This document shows positions 48,158 through 48,633 of a DNA stretch of 48,633 nucleotides, in pieces. The stretch covers positions 1 to 48,633 of the forward strand of contig ONVB01000206.1 in assembly GCA_900321145.1 (NCBI GenBank). Reading direction: 5' to 3'. The notes under the pieces were generated by a model, which did not search any database, was not told the DNA's origin, and saw only the letters and a program-made list of their open reading frames with translations. Source of the stretch: an uncultured Eubacteriales bacterium. GTDB taxonomy: Bacteria; Bacillota; Clostridia; Lachnospirales; Lachnospiraceae. Numbering within the stretch: position 1 is the first letter of the stretch; every line of letters begins with the position of its first letter. Made by a program: the position numbers and the translations under genes.

Positions 48158-48633
48158 ATGGCAGGTAATCCATATCAGAACAGTAAAGGTCTTGCTTATC
48201 CCTTAACTAAGATGAACTTTAAGGTGAGTGTAGCTAATGTAGAAGGTACAGCAGCTTTCTCACAGGTTACGGGCATCGAGGCAAGCGTAGATGTAATAGA
48301 ATTCAGACAGGGCAACGCGAACTCACTCGCACCGGTTAAGATCCCGGGCCTTGTAAAGCACGGTAATGTTACTCTTCGTTTCGGTTATACACTTGATTCC
48401 GCATTCAAGACCTGGATTCAGGAGTGTGTAAGTGAGACAAGAGGTGAGATACCGAGAAATGATGTACAGATCGAGCTTGTGGACATCAACGGTGGTGCAC
48501 CGCAGCAGTACGCAACAGCAATCACAGGTACGAGAGTATGGCTCCTCACCAATGCGTGGGTAACCAAGTATACCGCACCTGAGCTTGACGCTAAGACAAG
48601 TGATGTTGCAATCGAGTCTGTAGAGCTTGCTTA
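48158..48633 (+). CDS. T4 gp19-like tail tube protein (Afp1/Pvc1-like), 3' truncated; absent from the supplied ORF track
   Basis: AAGGAG RBS. Hand translation: MAGNPYQNSKGLAYPLTKMNFKV...FSQVTGIEASVDVIEFRQGN...KIPGLVKHGNVTLRFG...FKTW...WLLTNAWVTKYTAPELDAKTSDVAIESVELA. Confidence 0.95.
   Translation, partial: MAGNPYQNSKGLAYPLTKMNFKVSVANVEGTAAFSQVTGIEASVDVIEFRQGNANSLAPVKIPGLVKHGNVTLRFGYTLDSAFKTWIQECVSETRGEIPRNDVQIELVDINGGAPQQYATAITGTRVWLLTNAWVTKYTAPELDAKTSDVAIESVELA

Noticed and set aside
44650-48633. Prophage tail module
   Set aside because: No head, terminase, portal, integrase or replication genes upstream; DUF4255 and DUF4280 are CIS markers; host-type regulated promoters. The downstream sequence is unseen, so this is not fully excluded.

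Overview
A low-GC Gram-positive (Clostridia, probably Lachnospiraceae-like; inferred from gene content and style) chromosomal window in which every credible gene lies on the + strand. From left to right: (1) the end of a degenerate EAL protein and a tandem-receiver protein; (2) the CIRCE-controlled hrcA-grpE-dnaK-dnaJ-prmA operon, followed by two COG0523/CobW-like metal GTPases (one with a very long His/Asp/Glu repeat) and htrA; (3) an 88-bp palindromic tandem repeat, a ChW-repeat exported protein, a YbjN/T3SS-chaperone-like gene, a 1009-aa candidate effector and three GNAT-fold genes; (4) a membrane-signalling block (two 7TM proteins, DUF2156, a beta-propeller/sensor-MFS fusion, a PP2C-RsbW fusion, a LytS-type kinase and a SARP-type response regulator); (5) from 29.3 kb to the window end, a contractile injection system (CIS) locus. 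The structural core is Pvc16/DUF4255, a DUF4280 PAAR-like spike tip, a tail sheath and a gp19 tube (truncated at the edge). It is preceded by two operons of unusual envelope proteins: a fibre-like protein, a membrane pseudokinase, a membrane pseudo-cyclase, a MORN protein, a TolC-like protein and two giant exported paralogues. The strongest sequence-level discovery is that all three CIS operons share one promoter architecture, WGTGACT-N4-WGTGACTGT-N8-TAT(A/C)AT. This is the geometry typical of SARP activators, and it links the adjacent two-component system and the envelope module to the CIS. The locus is a candidate envelope-anchored (T6SS-like) CIS in a monoderm. All protein family calls come from motif recognition by eye; no searches were run.
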